Below are positions 30,338 to 40,800 of a DNA stretch of 64,000 bases, one piece after another. The notes beneath the pieces were generated by a model, which saw only the letters and a list, made by a program, of their open reading frames with translations, was not told the DNA's origin and did no database searches. How positions within the stretch are numbered: the first letter of the stretch is position 1; the number at the start of each line of letters is the position of its first letter. The stretch covers positions 480,001 through 544,000 of the forward strand of contig CAVWFS010000018.1 in the NCBI GenBank assembly GCA_963754315.1, written 5' to 3'. This DNA comes from an uncultured Candidatus Rokubacteria bacterium (GTDB taxonomy: Bacteria > Methylomirabilota > Methylomirabilia > Rokubacteriales > CSP1-6). A program made the position numbers and the translations under genes.

Positions 30338-32279
30338 ATGAGCCTGGACAAGATCTTCGGTCTCTACACGATCTGGGCTTTCTCGGGGTCACCGTCCTGA
30401 TCGGTATCGGCGAACGCCTCGGGTTGTTCAGCAACCAGATGATCGGCTGGATCTTCATGGCCCTGTCCCTGGCGATCTACGTCTTCATCGGTATCGTGAC
30501 GCGGACCTCGAACGCCGACCAGTACTACGTGGCCGGGCGCGGCGTGCCTGCTCATCTACAACGGCATGGCGACCGGGTCCGACTGGATGTCGGCGGCGTC
30601 CTTCATCTCCATGGGCGGACGCGATCTCCGCGCCGGGTTTTTCGGTCTCGCCTACGTGATGGGCTGGACCGGCGGCTATCTCCTGCTCGCCGTCTTCCTC
30701 GGGCCGTATCTGCGCCAATTCGGGGCTTACACGATCCCCGACTTCCTCGGGGCCCGCTACGGGGGAACGCGGCACGCGTAGTCGGCGTCATCGGCGCCAT
30801 CGTCTGCTCGTTCACCTACCTCACCGCCCAGGTCACGGGCGTTGGTCTCATCGTCGCCCGATTCATCGGTCATCGACTACAACATCGGGGTGTTCGTGGG
30901 TCTCGTCGGTGTACTCTTCTGTTCGGTGCTGGGCGGGATGAAGTTCCGTGACCTGGACCCAGGTGGCTCAGTACATCATTCTGATCATCTCGTACCTGGT
31001 GCCCGTCGTGTACTTATCGTGGACGATGTTCAGTATCCCGATTCCCCAGCTGACGTACGGCCAGATTCTGCAGCGCAACAACGCAGACCGCGCTCCGGAT
31101 CACGGCGGACCCGGCGGAGAAGGAGACGCGGGCGGTCTGGAGGAAGGAAGCCGACGAGGCCGCGGCGAAGATCAAAGCGGGCGGCCTGCCCGGAGTCCGA
31201 AGTCGATAAGCTCGAGGCGCAGCGGCGGACGGCGCTCGCCCAGGCCGGCCGCTCGCGTCCAGTGACACATGCCCAGTTCGGGCGCACGCTCACCGTTGCC
31301 ACCGGCACCGGCATGTGGAACTTCCTGGCCCTCACCTTCTGCCTGATGGTCGGCACCGCGGGTCTCCCGCACATCTTGACCCGCTACTACACGACGCCCT
31401 CGTTCGTCAAGGAAGCACGCACCTCGGTGGCGTGGTCGCTCTTCTTCATCTTTTTGCTGTACTTCACGGCCCCCGCCTATGCCGCGTTCGCCCGCTTCGC
31501 GGTGTTCACCAAGCTGGTCGGGGCGAGGATCAGTGAGCTTCCGCGCTGGGTGAAGTTCTGGCAGCCGGCGGGCCTCTTCACAGTGGTCGACAAGAACGGG
31601 GACGGCATCGTGCAGTGGGCGGACTTCGTCGTCCGGTAGACCGACTTCGTCGTGCTCTCGATGCCGGAGGTGGCGGGGCTCCCGTTCGTCATCACCGGGC
31701 TCGTCATGGCGGGAGGCCTGGCCGCGGCGCTCTCGACGGCAGACGGCCTGCTCCTCACGATCGCCAACGCCATCTCCCACGACCTCTACTACAACGTCAT
31801 CGATCCCTCGGCGACGCTGGTCAAGCGGCTGACGATCACGAAGATTCTGCTCGTCGTGACCGCGCTCCTGTCGGCCTACACGGCGACCTTCCGGTTTGCC
31901 GTCATCGCGGAACTGGTGGCGTGGGCGTTCAGCCTGGCCGGCGCGTCGTTCTTCCCGGCGTTGGTCATGGGGATCTGGTGGAAACGCGCCAACAAACAGG
32001 GCGCGGTGTGGGGGATGATCGCCGGTCTCGGTTGTGACGACGTACTACCTCATCGGCAGCCGCTTCTTCGGGGTATCGTGGTTCGGTACACAGACGATCG
32101 CCTCGGCGATCTTCGGGCTGCCGATCGGATTCCTCGTGATCTGGATCGTATCGCTGCTCACGGCGCCGCCGCCGAAAGAAGTGCAAGACCTCGTGGCCAG
32201 CGTGCGCTACCCCAAGTCCGGGCAGGCCGTGAAGGGAGATCCGCTCGGCCGGGACCTCAAGGAGGTGCCCGTCCACTAA
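30338..32279 (+). CDS. ActP-like cation/carboxylate symporter, SSS family (many indels and one in-frame TAG)
   Basis: YYVAGRGVP, GMATGSDWMSAASFISM, GWTGGY, LMVGTAGLPHIL, GGLAAALSTADGLL across frames. Confidence 0.85.
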
Positions 32280-32293
32280 GCGGATCGTCGCGC

Positions 32294-32328
32294 AGCAGCG
32301 GGCAGGGGACGTGCCCCTGCCCGCTGCT
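32294..32328 (+). terminator. 15-bp hairpin after the symporter gene
   Basis: AGCAGCGGGCAGGGG-ACGTG-CCCCTGCCCGCTGCT; no U-tract. Confidence 0.55.
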
Positions 32329-32339
32329 ATCATCGCGAC

Positions 32340-32642
32340 ATGGACGGGTCGGCGGTTCGGCTCCTGCTCCTCCTCAACGTCGTCGTGCCGCTGCTCTTCT
32401 TCATGGCCTGGATCTATCTGCTGCTTCATATCCTCTTCGCCAGCCTCATCCGGCGGCCGGACAGCCCGGTGCTCTGGTTCTTCGGCATCGTGACCGGTCC
32501 CCTCACGCGCCCTGTCCGCTCCGTTCTTCCGACCGGGACCCCCGAACCTCGGGTGCGGACGATCTCCCTCGTCGTCTACCTCCTCCTCTGGATCGTCGCC
32601 CGCGTGGTATTGCACCAGATCGCGGGTGGCCGCGCCGTCTGA
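32340..32642 (+). CDS. small membrane protein, YggT-like
   Basis: TM, PDSPVLWFFGIVTGPLTRPVRSVLP, TM. Confidence 0.7.
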   Translation: MDGSAVRLLLLLNVVVPLLFFMAWIYLLLHILFASLIRRPDSPVLWFFGIVTGPLTRPVRSVLPTGTPEPRVRTISLVVYLLLWIVARVVLHQIAGGRAV

Positions 32643-33072
32643 AGCGGCTGTGCTCGCGATGGCGACCGCCAACGCCGTAGGAGTGACCCTCTTCGGCCTG
32701 CTCTACGCGGTGGCCGGCGCGGACCTCATGCCCCAGGCGGCCTTTTTGACATGTCTCGTCGTCCTGTTCACCATGGTCACCGCCATGTGGGTGCGGGCGG
32801 AGGCCCGCCACCGGCGGCGGCAGACGCTGAGCCGAGTGGGTCGGGCCGCAGGCGGGCTGCTGCTCGTGATGATCGCGATCCCGATCTTCATCCTGATGCC
32901 CCTGTTCTGGCTGGACACGCAGCTCCCGCCCGAGGCTGGCCTTCGGCGGCTGCTGGCTCCGATCATGACGTTGGTCCTCTTCTCGCTGGTGCTCGTGGCG
33001 CTGGCCAACGTGGTCGGTTCGGTGGCCATCGTTGCCCGCGCCGTTCTTGGCGGCGGACGCGCCCGGCACTGA
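32626..33072 (+). CDS. hypothetical 4-TM membrane protein (start uncertain)
   Basis: four hydrophobic segments, typical codon usage. Confidence 0.65.
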   Translation: MAAPSEAAVLAMATANAVGVTLFGLLYAVAGADLMPQAAFLTCLVVLFTMVTAMWVRAEARHRRRQTLSRVGRAAGGLLLVMIAIPIFILMPLFWLDTQLPPEAGLRRLLAPIMTLVLFSLVLVALANVVGSVAIVARAVLGGGRARH

Positions 33073-33184
33073 GCCCCGAGCCACCGGCGGGTTCGGCTAC
33101 ACTATCGGTGACCGAACCGTCGTGTGGGCGGGGGTGGTTCCGCAGCATCCGCCGGCGCAACGCCGCGTTCCCGCGGGGGGCAGA

Positions 33185-33523
33185 ATGGCCAAGGTGGGAA
33201 GATTCGTCGTCGATCCCAAGGCCGGCGCGTATTGCCAGATCACCCTCGACGGCGGCGACAAGATCGTGGTCAACCACGACAAGGGGGGCTTCAAAGGTGG
33301 TCGGCTCACGATCGAGAAGACCAAATGGTGGGGCTCTGGCGAGCAGCTCTTCGTCTGCGACCTGGAGAGCCCGGGCGGCAAGGCCGCCCTCGCTCGACTC
33401 ACTCAGGGAGCCCGCGAGAGCAGCGCGGATGCAACGCCCCTCGGCGCCTTCGTGAATTTCGTCAAGAACTGCGCGTCAGCCGCCGACGTCAAGTCGAAGT
33501 GTGCCGGTCTGATCGAGGGGTGA
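33185..33523 (+). CDS. hypothetical protein
   Basis: strong codon bias, non-random composition, four Cys. Confidence 0.7.
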   Translation: MAKVGRFVVDPKAGAYCQITLDGGDKIVVNHDKGGFKGGRLTIEKTKWWGSGEQLFVCDLESPGGKAALARLTQGARESSADATPLGAFVNFVKNCASAADVKSKCAGLIEG

Positions 33524-33561
33524 GTCGGTTCCGGGTACGCCATCGGCCCGGCTGAGGCGCG

Positions 33562-35058
33562 ATGTCAGCGGTGCCGCAGGACGGGATGTCGCCCTTCGTC
33601 GGGCGGGTTCTCGACTTCGTCAAGCGCCCGGCCCTCACCTGCGCGCCCACGATGTCTGCCGTCGAGATCGCGCGCCTGCTGTCCCGCCACGGGATCGGCT
33701 CGGTCGTAGTGGAGGGGCCCGACGGTACGCCCATCGGGATCGTCACTGACCGCGACCTCAGGCGCAAGGTGGTGGCCGAGGCGCGCGATCCCAACACCAC
33801 ACACGCGGCCGACATCATGTCGTCGCCACTGGTGACGATTCCGCCTGCGGCCTTCGCCTTCGAGGCGATTCTCGAGATGACCCGGCGGGACATCCGGCAC
33901 CTGGTCGTCATGAATGATGGGCGGCTGGTTGGGGTGGTCTCGATGTACGACCTTGTCCTGGCGCAGGGCCTCCACCCGGTGCTGCTCGCGCGGGAAATCA
34001 GTCGGGCTGCCTCGCTGGAGGCCTTGGCCGCGCTGGGCGCACGAATCATCGACCTCGCCCGGCAGCTCGTCGAGCAGGGGGGCACGGCGCACGGCGTCGG
34101 GCAGCTCATCTCCGAGCTCAACGACCGGGTCGTCGTGCGTGTGCTCGGCTTGGCGGCGGGCACCCTCGAGGAGTCCGGCGAGGACGCCCCGCCCGTGGCC
34201 TATTGCTGGCTGAGCTTCGGTAGCGAGGCTCGACGCGAGCAGACGCTTCGGACCGACCAGGACAATGGTCTCGTCTTCGACGACCCTCCCGCTCACCTGA
34301 GAGAGCGAGTGACCACGTACTGTGCGCGGCTGGCCGACGCGACCGTACGTGGGCTCATCAGTGTTGGTGTCCCTTCGTGCCCCGGCGGGATCATGGCGTC
34401 CAACCCGCGCTGGTGCCAGCCGCTGTCGGTGTGGCGGGACTACTTCCACCGCTGGATCACCGATCCGTCGCCGGACCAGGTTCTCGGAGCGTCCATTCAT
34501 TTCGATCTGCGCCCGCTGGCCGGAGCGAGCACGCTGGCAGAAGCCCTCTCCACCGTGGTGCGCCAGGAGGCCCCACGGCACTGGGGCTTTCTACGGGTTC
34601 TGGCGAGCGACGTCGTCGAGCGGCGTGTGGCGCTGACGCTGTTCGGAGGCATTGGCATCCACCGTCGAGGCCCCCGTCGCGGCGCCCTTGATCTCAAGGG
34701 CGGAGGCGCCCTGCAGCTCGTGGGTGCCGCGCGCGTGCACGCGCTGGAGCTAGGGCTAAGCGAGACCAACACGATCGATCGGTTCCGGGCGGCGCAGGCC
34801 CGAGGGCTCTACACGCCCAGCGAGGTCGGCGAGATCGTCGACGCCGCTCAGCACCTCATGCGGTTGCGGCTACTCCATCAACTCGACCAGCACGCGCGCA
34901 ACGAGGTCGCCGACAACTTCGTCACCCCCGCCGAGCTGTCTCACGCGGACCGGGTCTTGCTGCGCGAAGCGCTGCGCACGGTGGGGCACGTGCAGGCCAA
35001 GATGCGGCAGCGCTTCGCCACCGACTTTGTACCGCGACTTCTGGGGGGACTGCTGTAG
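33562..35058 (+). CDS. CBS pair + DUF294 nucleotidyltransferase + substrate-binding domain
   Basis: GIVTDRDLR CBS; GSEARREQTLRTDQDNGL Pol-beta motif; CPGGIMASNPRW; DLKGGG. Confidence 0.92.
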   Translation: MSAVPQDGMSPFVGRVLDFVKRPALTCAPTMSAVEIARLLSRHGIGSVVVEGPDGTPIGIVTDRDLRRKVVAEARDPNTTHAADIMSSPLVTIPPAAFAFEAILEMTRRDIRHLVVMNDGRLVGVVSMYDLVLAQGLHPVLLAREISRAASLEALAALGARIIDLARQLVEQGGTAHGVGQLISELNDRVVVRVLGLAAGTLEESGEDAPPVAYCWLSFGSEARREQTLRTDQDNGLVFDDPPAHLRERVTTYCARLADATVRGLISVGVPSCPGGIMASNPRWCQPLSVWRDYFHRWITDPSPDQVLGASIHFDLRPLAGASTLAEALSTVVRQEAPRHWGFLRVLASDVVERRVALTLFGGIGIHRRGPRRGALDLKGGGALQLVGAARVHALELGLSETNTIDRFRAAQARGLYTPSEVGEIVDAAQHLMRLRLLHQLDQHARNEVADNFVTPAELSHADRVLLREALRTVGHVQAKMRQRFATDFVPRLLGGLL

Positions 35059-35102
35059 GACTATAATGCCCACGCCACCAATGCACGCTCACTGAGGCTG
35101 CC

Positions 35103-35477
35103 GTGAAGCCCAGGGTGCTCATCATCGAGGACGAGCCGCACATCGTGCTGTCGCTGGAGTTCCTGCTTCAGCGCGCCGGGTATGAGACGGCCGTGGCCGT
35201 CGAGGGGGAGGACGGCCTCGCCCAGGTCCGGCGCCACCGCCCCGACATCGTGCTGCTCGACGTGATGCTCCCGAGAATCAACGGGCACGACGTGTGCCGC
35301 GCCATCAAGGCCGACCCCGACCTTCGCGACATCCCGGTGATCATGCTGAGCGCCAAGGGACAGGAGGTCGAGGTGATGAAAGGCCTCGAGCTGGGGGCGG
35401 TAGCCTACGTGACGAAGCCGTTCGGCAACGCCGAGATCCTAGAGGCGATCCGTGCGGTCCTCCCCTCTCGAGCGTAA
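35103..35477 (+). CDS. single-domain response regulator
   Basis: IIEDE, LLDVMLP, MLSAK, VTKPF; TATAAT at 35062. Confidence 0.94.
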   Translation: MKPRVLIIEDEPHIVLSLEFLLQRAGYETAVAVEGEDGLAQVRRHRPDIVLLDVMLPRINGHDVCRAIKADPDLRDIPVIMLSAKGQEVEVMKGLELGAVAYVTKPFGNAEILEAIRAVLPSRA

Positions 35478-37629
35478 GCTCGTCCTCGGCGTTCTCCTCC
35501 TGTTCCTCGTGCCGACGCTTGTCGCCGGGCTGATCCTGCTCGTGCTCTACCGCCGCGGGACCTTCCAGGATCCCTTCGCGTTGGTCATGACCGTTGCCGT
35601 CGGGTTCGTCGCGATGATGAGCTACCTCGGCGTGGTCGCGCACACGATCGGCCGCTCGCTCGTGCGCACGCTGCAACAGATCCAGCTCGGGACCGAGCTG
35701 ATCGCCACCGTGAACCCCGACCACCGGCTCGACGTCCGTACCGGCGACGAACTGGAGGCGCTGGCCGCGGAGATCAACAGGATGGCCGACAGGGTGCGCG
35801 AAGCTCACGTGGGACTCGAGGCCGAGGTGGTCCGAGCCACCCACGAGCTCGCCATCGAGCGGTCGAAACTGTCGGCCGTGCTGGAGACGCTCGGCGAAGG
35901 CGTGGTGGTCGCCACGCCCGACGGCCGGGTGACCCTGGCCAATCGAGAGGCGCAAGAGCACCTGGGCGTGGGCGGAGCGACCCTGCTTGGACGCAACCTC
36001 TTCGAGGTCGTAGACCGCGAGACGGTCACGTACTACCTGGAGCGCCTCCGGACGACGGCAGGTGGAGCCGAGCGGTTCCGTCTCCATCCTGGCGGCGAGG
36101 CTGTCCTCGACACGGTCATGACGCCCTTTTTCGACGCCGAGCGACTCGTGGGGTTCGTCCTCGTCCTGCGCGACGTCACTTCTCCTGCCCGCCTCGACGA
36201 GGCGCGGCGGCGGCGGCTGACCGACGCCCTCCGGGACTTCCGCGGTTCCCTGGCCTCGATCCGCTCGCTCTCCGAAAGCCTTCTGGCGGAGGGGCCTGCT
36301 TTCGGTGACCCGGCGAGCCGCCTCGTCGGTGCGATCCACGCGGAAGCGGTGCGGCTCTCGGGGCTCCTGCGCGCGGTAGCCGAGCCGGGGTCGCTGGGGC
36401 TCGGCGAGGCGCCCAGGTCTTTCGAAGAAGTCACGGTGGCCGACGTGACGGCCATGGCTTTGCGTCGCCTCGCCCAGGATGGGGTGACGCCGGGCCGCGT
36501 GGACACCGACCATGGTCCAGAATCCACGTGTCCTGTGCGAGTCGAGGTCGCCCAGCTGAGCGGCGCGCTCGCCAACCTGGTACGCGCGATGGCGGGCCGG
36601 ATAGCGCCGGACGCGGCCGTGCGGGTACGCTCGACGTTACGCGGCGGCGTCGTCCAGATCGATGTCGGCTGTGTCGGTCGCGGTCAGGTCGAAGAACTCG
36701 AGGCGGTTCTCGAGACGCCCCTCCGCACCGGTGCCGAGACGGTCTCCATCCGCGAGATTGCCCAGCGCCACGCCGGAGAGGTGTGGGCATACGTTGACCC
36801 GCCTCGGGTTGGGTTCGCCCTGAGCCTGCCCGTATCCGTCCCCGGCGATAGCCCGCGCCAGGGTCAGGGCGGGAGGCTCGCGTTCGTGGGCGCCGGCACC
36901 GTCTCGGCAGCGCGGGCTGGCGAGCGGAAGGCGGCGCGGCCTGCCTTCTATGACTTCTCGCTCCTCGAGGACATGGAGCGCCACCTGCAGCCCGACGATC
37001 GCGCCCGGGTCCTGGACCAGCTCGATTGCGTCGTGCTCGACACGGAGACGACGGGCCTCGATCCGGATCGCGACTGCATCGTCTCGCTGGCGGCTGTTCG
37101 GGTGCGGCGTGGCGTCGTCAAGCGCGGCGAGACGTTCGATGCGCTCGTGAACCCCGGCCGCCCCATTCCGCCCGGCAGCAGCCGCTTCCATGGGATCACG
37201 GACGACATGATCGCCAATAAGCCGACGATCGATGTCGTTCTCCCGGCGTTCCTGGCCTTCGCCGAGGGCGCGGTTTTGGTGGGTCACCAGGTCTGGTTCG
37301 ACCTCCGCTTCCTCGAGCGGGAGACCAGACGCCTGAGCCTCCCGTCGCTCACGGCATCACACCCTGTTCTCGACACCCTGTCCCTCAGCGAGATTGTCCA
37401 CGGCCCCCTGCCTGGCCACGAGCTGGACTCGGCGGCCGGCCGCCTCGGCATCACGGTCCATGGTCGGCACTCTGCCCTCGGTGACGCCCTGGCCACCGCC
37501 GATGTCCTCGTCCGCCTCCTACCGCTGCTCCGCAAGCGTGAGATCGTCACCATCGGACAGGCCCTTGCGGCGACGCGTCGGGCCCGTCGCGGGCGTTCGG
37601 CCCACGATCAGGCGGAGGCCGCCCCGTGA
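35452..37629 (+). CDS. membrane HAMP-PAS-pseudokinase fused to a DEDDh 3'-5' exonuclease
   Basis: 2 TMs, HAMP (DELEALAAEINRMA), PAS, His-less HisKA-like helix, VLDTETTG / HQVWFD / HSALGDA. Confidence 0.85.
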   Translation: MRSSPLERKLVLGVLLLFLVPTLVAGLILLVLYRRGTFQDPFALVMTVAVGFVAMMSYLGVVAHTIGRSLVRTLQQIQLGTELIATVNPDHRLDVRTGDELEALAAEINRMADRVREAHVGLEAEVVRATHELAIERSKLSAVLETLGEGVVVATPDGRVTLANREAQEHLGVGGATLLGRNLFEVVDRETVTYYLERLRTTAGGAERFRLHPGGEAVLDTVMTPFFDAERLVGFVLVLRDVTSPARLDEARRRRLTDALRDFRGSLASIRSLSESLLAEGPAFGDPASRLVGAIHAEAVRLSGLLRAVAEPGSLGLGEAPRSFEEVTVADVTAMALRRLAQDGVTPGRVDTDHGPESTCPVRVEVAQLSGALANLVRAMAGRIAPDAAVRVRSTLRGGVVQIDVGCVGRGQVEELEAVLETPLRTGAETVSIREIAQRHAGEVWAYVDPPRVGFALSLPVSVPGDSPRQGQGGRLAFVGAGTVSAARAGERKAARPAFYDFSLLEDMERHLQPDDRARVLDQLDCVVLDTETTGLDPDRDCIVSLAAVRVRRGVVKRGETFDALVNPGRPIPPGSSRFHGITDDMIANKPTIDVVLPAFLAFAEGAVLVGHQVWFDLRFLERETRRLSLPSLTASHPVLDTLSLSEIVHGPLPGHELDSAAGRLGITVHGRHSALGDALATADVLVRLLPLLRKREIVTIGQALAATRRARRGRSAHDQAEAAP

Positions 37630-37826
37630 GTGGCATTGGCAGCAAGCTCGCCCTCCTGTTCGTGCTGGGGGCACTCCTGCTCAACTTCCCGGTGCTGGCC
37701 ATCTTCAACCGCGCCGCGACGGTGGCGGGCATCCCGATCCTTGCCCTCTACCTCTTCGGTATCTGGTGCGCGGGTATCGTGGCCGTGTTCGTTCTGGCCC
37801 GGACCTCGCGGGACGACGAGGGATGA
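37626..37826 (+). CDS. small 2-TM protein preceding the SSS-kinase
   Basis: GTGA overlap with the upstream gene; LLNFP..GIPILALYLFGIW. Confidence 0.75.
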   Translation: MSGIGSKLALLFVLGALLLNFPVLAIFNRAATVAGIPILALYLFGIWCAGIVAVFVLARTSRDDEG

Positions 37827-37830
37827 GCCG

Positions 37831-40800
37831 GTGCTGACCGCCTGGAGCATCGCCAGCGTGGCCTTCGCGTATGTGCTCGGCCTGTTCGCCATCGCGTACT
37901 ACGTCGACCGGCGTGCGCGCGAGGGGACGAGCCTCATCGCCAGCCCCGTCATCTACTCGCTGTCCCTGGCGGTGTACTGCACCTCCTGGACCTTCTACGG
38001 GAGCGTGGGACGGGCCGTGGCCTCCGGCGTGGGATTCCTGCCGATCTACCTCGGCCCCACGCTCATGGCCGTCGGATGGTGGTGGGTGCTCCGCAAGACC
38101 GTTCGCATCGCCAAGGCCAACAACATCACCTCCATCGCCGACTTCCTCGGCTCCCGCTACGGCCAGTCCACGCTGCTCGGCGGCGTGGTGGCGGTCATCA
38201 CCGTGGTCGGCATCACCCCCTACATCGCGCTGCAGCTCAAGGCGATCTCCCAGACCTTCGAGGTGCTCCTGCAATACCCGGCCGTCACCACCACCTTGCC
38301 GGCGTCGGCAAGCCGGCCGTTCTGGGCCGACACCGCCTTCGGGACGGCCGTGCTGCTGATCGCCTTCGGCATCATGTTCGGCGCGCGCGACCTCGACTCC
38401 TCGCGCCGGCACGAGGGACTGGTGGCCACCATCGCGTTCGAGTCGCTGGTGAAGCTGCTTGCGTTTCTGGCGGTGGGGGTGTTCGTCACCTACGGGGTCT
38501 TCGGCGGCTTCGCCGACATCTTCAGCCGCGCCGCCCAGCGTCCCGAGTACGCCCGCATGCTCGGCGGCGACCCGGCGTTCTCGTACGGCGACTGGGCGGC
38601 CCTCACCTGGCTCTCGATGATGGCCATCCTGTTCCTGCCGCGCCAGTTCCACATGGCCGTCATCGGCAACACGCGCGAGGGCCACATCAAGACCGCGATG
38701 TGGATGTTCCCCGTGTACCTGCTGCTCATCAATGTCTTCGTGCTCCCTATCGCCTTCGGGGGAGTGCTGATCTTTCCCGACGCGTCCGTGACCGCTGCCG
38801 ACTACTTCGTGCTGACGTTGCCCATGGTCCAGCACCAACAGGGGCTGGCCCTGTTCGCGTTCATCGGCGGAATCTCGGCGGCCACCGGCATGGTGATCGT
38901 CGAGTCAATCGCGCTGTCCACGATGATCCTCAACAACCTGGTCGTTCCCTCGCTCGTCCGCCGCGGCATGACCCGCGACATCTCCGGGCTCCTCATCAAC
39001 GCCAAGCGGCTGGCCATCGCCGTCACCATCCTGCTCGGCTACGCGTACTACCACCTCATCGGCGAGTCGTACACGCTGGTGAACATCGGCCTCATCTCGT
39101 TCGCGGCGGTGGCCCAGTTCGCCCCCGCCTTCTTCGGTGGCCTCTACTGGCGCCGGGCCACGCGCCAGGGCGCGCTGGCCGGACTCTCTGCCGGGTTCGG
39201 CATCTGGGTCTATACGTTGCTCCTTCCCTCTTTCGTGCGCTCGGGCTGGATCCCCGAGAGCCTCATCGGCGAGGGGCCCTTCGGGATCGCCTGGCTCCGC
39301 CCCGAGCAGCTCTTCGGGGTCACCGGGATAGGCTCCTGGTCCAACACGGTCTTCTGGTCGGTCGCCTTCAACGTCGCCTCCTTTGCCGCGGTCTCCCTCT
39401 ACACGCGGCCCTCGTTGCTCGAGACGTCCCAGGCCGAACGCTTCGTGGGGGTGTTCGAGGGCGAGCGGGCCCGGGCGGCGGCACCCGTGGGTGTCCACGG
39501 ACTCACCGCCGAGCGGCTCGAGGAGCTGGTGGCCAAGTTTGTCGGGCGCGACAAGGCCCAGGAGGCCTTCGGCGGCTTCGTTGACGCCCGGGGCATCACC
39601 GACGGGCGTCCGCTGACCGAGGCCGACCGGCGCGAGCTCCTCCAGTTCACCGAGCGTACGCTGTCGGGCGCCGTCGGGACTGCGTCCGCCCAGGCCATCC
39701 TGGAGACCCTGGCGCAGGGGGCCACCGCCCGCTTCGAGACTATCTTCGACGTCTTCGGAAAGGTGTCGCAGTCCCTGGAGCAGAGTCGTGAGGACCTCCA
39801 ACGACGGGTGCGGGAGTTGAGCCTGCTCAACGAGGCGACCCGGCGGATCGCCTCCACCCTGGATCCCCAACCGATGATGGACGGGGTCGTTCAGCTCCTC
39901 CGCCAGGAATTCGAGTTCGACGTGCTCACGATCCGGCTGCGGGACCCCGACGGGCATCTCCGGATCAAGAGCCACGTGGGTCTGCCGCCTGGAACCGCCC
40001 TCTCTCAGGGAGACCCGCCCTCGCGCGACACATATTTCGGCGAGTGCTTCGTGGACAACCGCGTGGTGGTGGTGGAAGACGCGGCGCTCATCCGCAAGCC
40101 GGTGGTCTTCCCCACGCCGGAGGCGCCGGAGCCTCGCTCCTTCGTCCACGCGCCCATCGCGGTCGAGGAGCAGCCTCTCGGCGTGCTTTCCGTGTACTCG
40201 TCCACCGGCCGCGTCTATTTCTCTCCGGAGTTCCTCCAGTTCTTCCGCACGCTAGCCGTCCAGCTTGGCCTGGGCATCCAGAATGCGCAGCTCTACCGCG
40301 AGCTCGGGGACTTGTCGCGCGAGCTGGAAGCCAAGGTGCGGCAGCGCACGGCCGAACTGGAAGAGGCGAACCAGCGGCTCACCGAGCTGGACCGGCTCAA
40401 GAGCGACTTCGTATCCACCGTGTCCCACGAGCTGCGCACGCCGCTCACCGCCATACGCTCGCTGTCCGAGAGCCTGCTCGAAGGTCGCGCCAACATCTCC
40501 GGCGAGCGCCAGCAGCAGTTCCTGGCCATCATCACCCAGGAGAGCCAGCGCCTGTCGCGCATGATCAATCAGCTGCTCGACCTGTCGAGGATCGAGGCCG
40601 GCAAGATGGAATGGCGCAGCGAGAGCTTCGACCTTCGAGAGGTGGTGGCTCAGGCCGTGCTGACCAACCACGCGCTCTTCGACGACAAGGCAATTGAGCT
40701 CGAGACGTCGCCCTTCCCGGACCGCGTGCCCGTCCTGGCCGATCGCGACAAAATCATCCAGGTCCTCACCAACCTCCTCTCCAATGCCGCCAAGTTCACC

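Noticed and set aside
31637..31639. In-frame TAG in the ActP-like gene as possible pyrrolysine or readthrough
   Set aside because: Lies in a non-catalytic loop of a gene full of indels, with no pyl genes in view; error or decay is more likely.
37630..37830. 67-codon N-terminal extension of the SSS-kinase in the ORF track
   Set aside because: Overlaps the small 2-TM gene and is not protein-like; start placed at GTG 37831.
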